DNA from: a virus
Lineage: Duplodnaviria > Caudoviricetes
Virus record (IMG/VR): IMGVR_UViG_3300032236_000300
Span: 1,214-65,213 of that record
Direction: 5' to 3' (one strand)
DNA: 64,000 nt
A model generated the notes under the pieces. That model saw nothing but the letters and a program-made list of their open reading frames with translations, did not search any database and had not been told where the DNA came from. Numbering within the stretch: the first letter of the stretch is position 1; each line of letters starts with the position of its first letter. The position numbers and the translations under genes were made by a program. Positions 63,369 through 64,000 of this stretch are shown here, one piece after another.

Positions 63369-63501
63369 GTGTGATATATTCGGGTCCGTTGGTGAGCGAG
63401 GCCACCTGATGTAACAGGGAACCGTAGGGATGGACTTGTTTGTAAGCCTGAACCCACCCCGTCACCAACAACCAAACAACCGGAGTGCCCTTTTTCCTCC
63501 T

Positions 63502-64000
63502 ATGAACATTACGCCAACAGCGGACCACCCGCTACCAAAAAACTTCCAAGATGAAGTTGCAGATTCTCTGCAAGGAAATGCCCGTGTCGCTGCCGACACC
63601 GCGTCGCTAATGTTTGAATTAGGTATGCCGTTTGAAATGACGGAAGAAGATGAGGAAGCAGCGCGTAAATTATTCACGCAAGTAGATAAGAAGCGCAAAC
63701 CAAACCAACCAGCATCTTCAGTAAACCCCCCAGATCTATATCAAGGTAACGTAGCTCTTAAGTTAGGGGCCCTCCTTAATGAGTATGACAAGCGAGTTGT
63801 ACTCGACGCGACCCAAGCTCGCACCTATATCATGAATAAGCTTTTGGAAATTTCCGATTGCGGGGATAGCAAAATAGAATTACGTGCCCTAGAGCTTTTT
63901 GGAAAGATGAGTGATGTAGGTGCTTTTACAGAGAAGTCCGAAGTTACTATTACTCATCGATCTAGCGGGGACATTAAGCAGGTATTGCAGGAAAAAATCT
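63502..64000 (+). CDS. Probable terminase small subunit (3'-partial, absent from the ORF track)
   Basis: MNITPTADHPLP...ELRALELFGKMSDVGAFTEKSEVTITH, open to the window end. It would precede terL if the genome is circularly permuted. Confidence 0.6.
   Translation, partial: MNITPTADHPLPKNFQDEVADSLQGNARVAADTASLMFELGMPFEMTEEDEEAARKLFTQVDKKRKPNQPASSVNPPDLYQGNVALKLGALLNEYDKRVVLDATQARTYIMNKLLEISDCGDSKIELRALELFGKMSDVGAFTEKSEVTITHRSSGDIKQVLQEKI

Noticed and set aside
63388-63469. tRNA gene
   Set aside because: No T-loop GTTCRA or canonical cloverleaf spacing; I recognised no tRNA anywhere in the window.

Overview
The window is almost the whole genome of a tailed dsDNA bacteriophage, linearised inside the terminase large subunit gene. 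It looks podovirus-like: there is no tape measure or sheath, but there are large ejection-type proteins. The + strand (1-39260) carries packaging, head (portal, GroES-like, scaffold, Mu gpT-like major capsid), a cluster of tiny basic proteins, adaptor/tail/fibre genes, a Gram-negative lysis cassette (Rz/Rz1, holin-like, M15 endolysin) and ejection proteins, ending in a 2984-aa polyvalent protein. The - strand (39261-60823) carries replication genes (primase-helicase, SSB-like, SNF2 helicase, PD-(D/E)XK nuclease, PolA, VRR-NUC) and early genes (RNAP alpha-CTD-like, VWA/metallopeptidase, AAA ATPase). A control region at 60900-63500 holds IHF sites with 8-bp repeats, a duplicated regulatory unit with two paralogous genes, and a candidate antisense sRNA, followed by a probable terminase small subunit. 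The most unusual signal is that small non-structural genes carry short peptide copies of virion-protein motifs: the phage's own capsid C-terminus, a P22-coat-like N-terminus and possibly a portal motif. This suggests a decoy or interference system. A recurring [YFM]-[AKS]-x-G-G motif also links the tiny basic proteins with the ejection proteins. All family names come from motif recognition by eye and memory, not from database searches.
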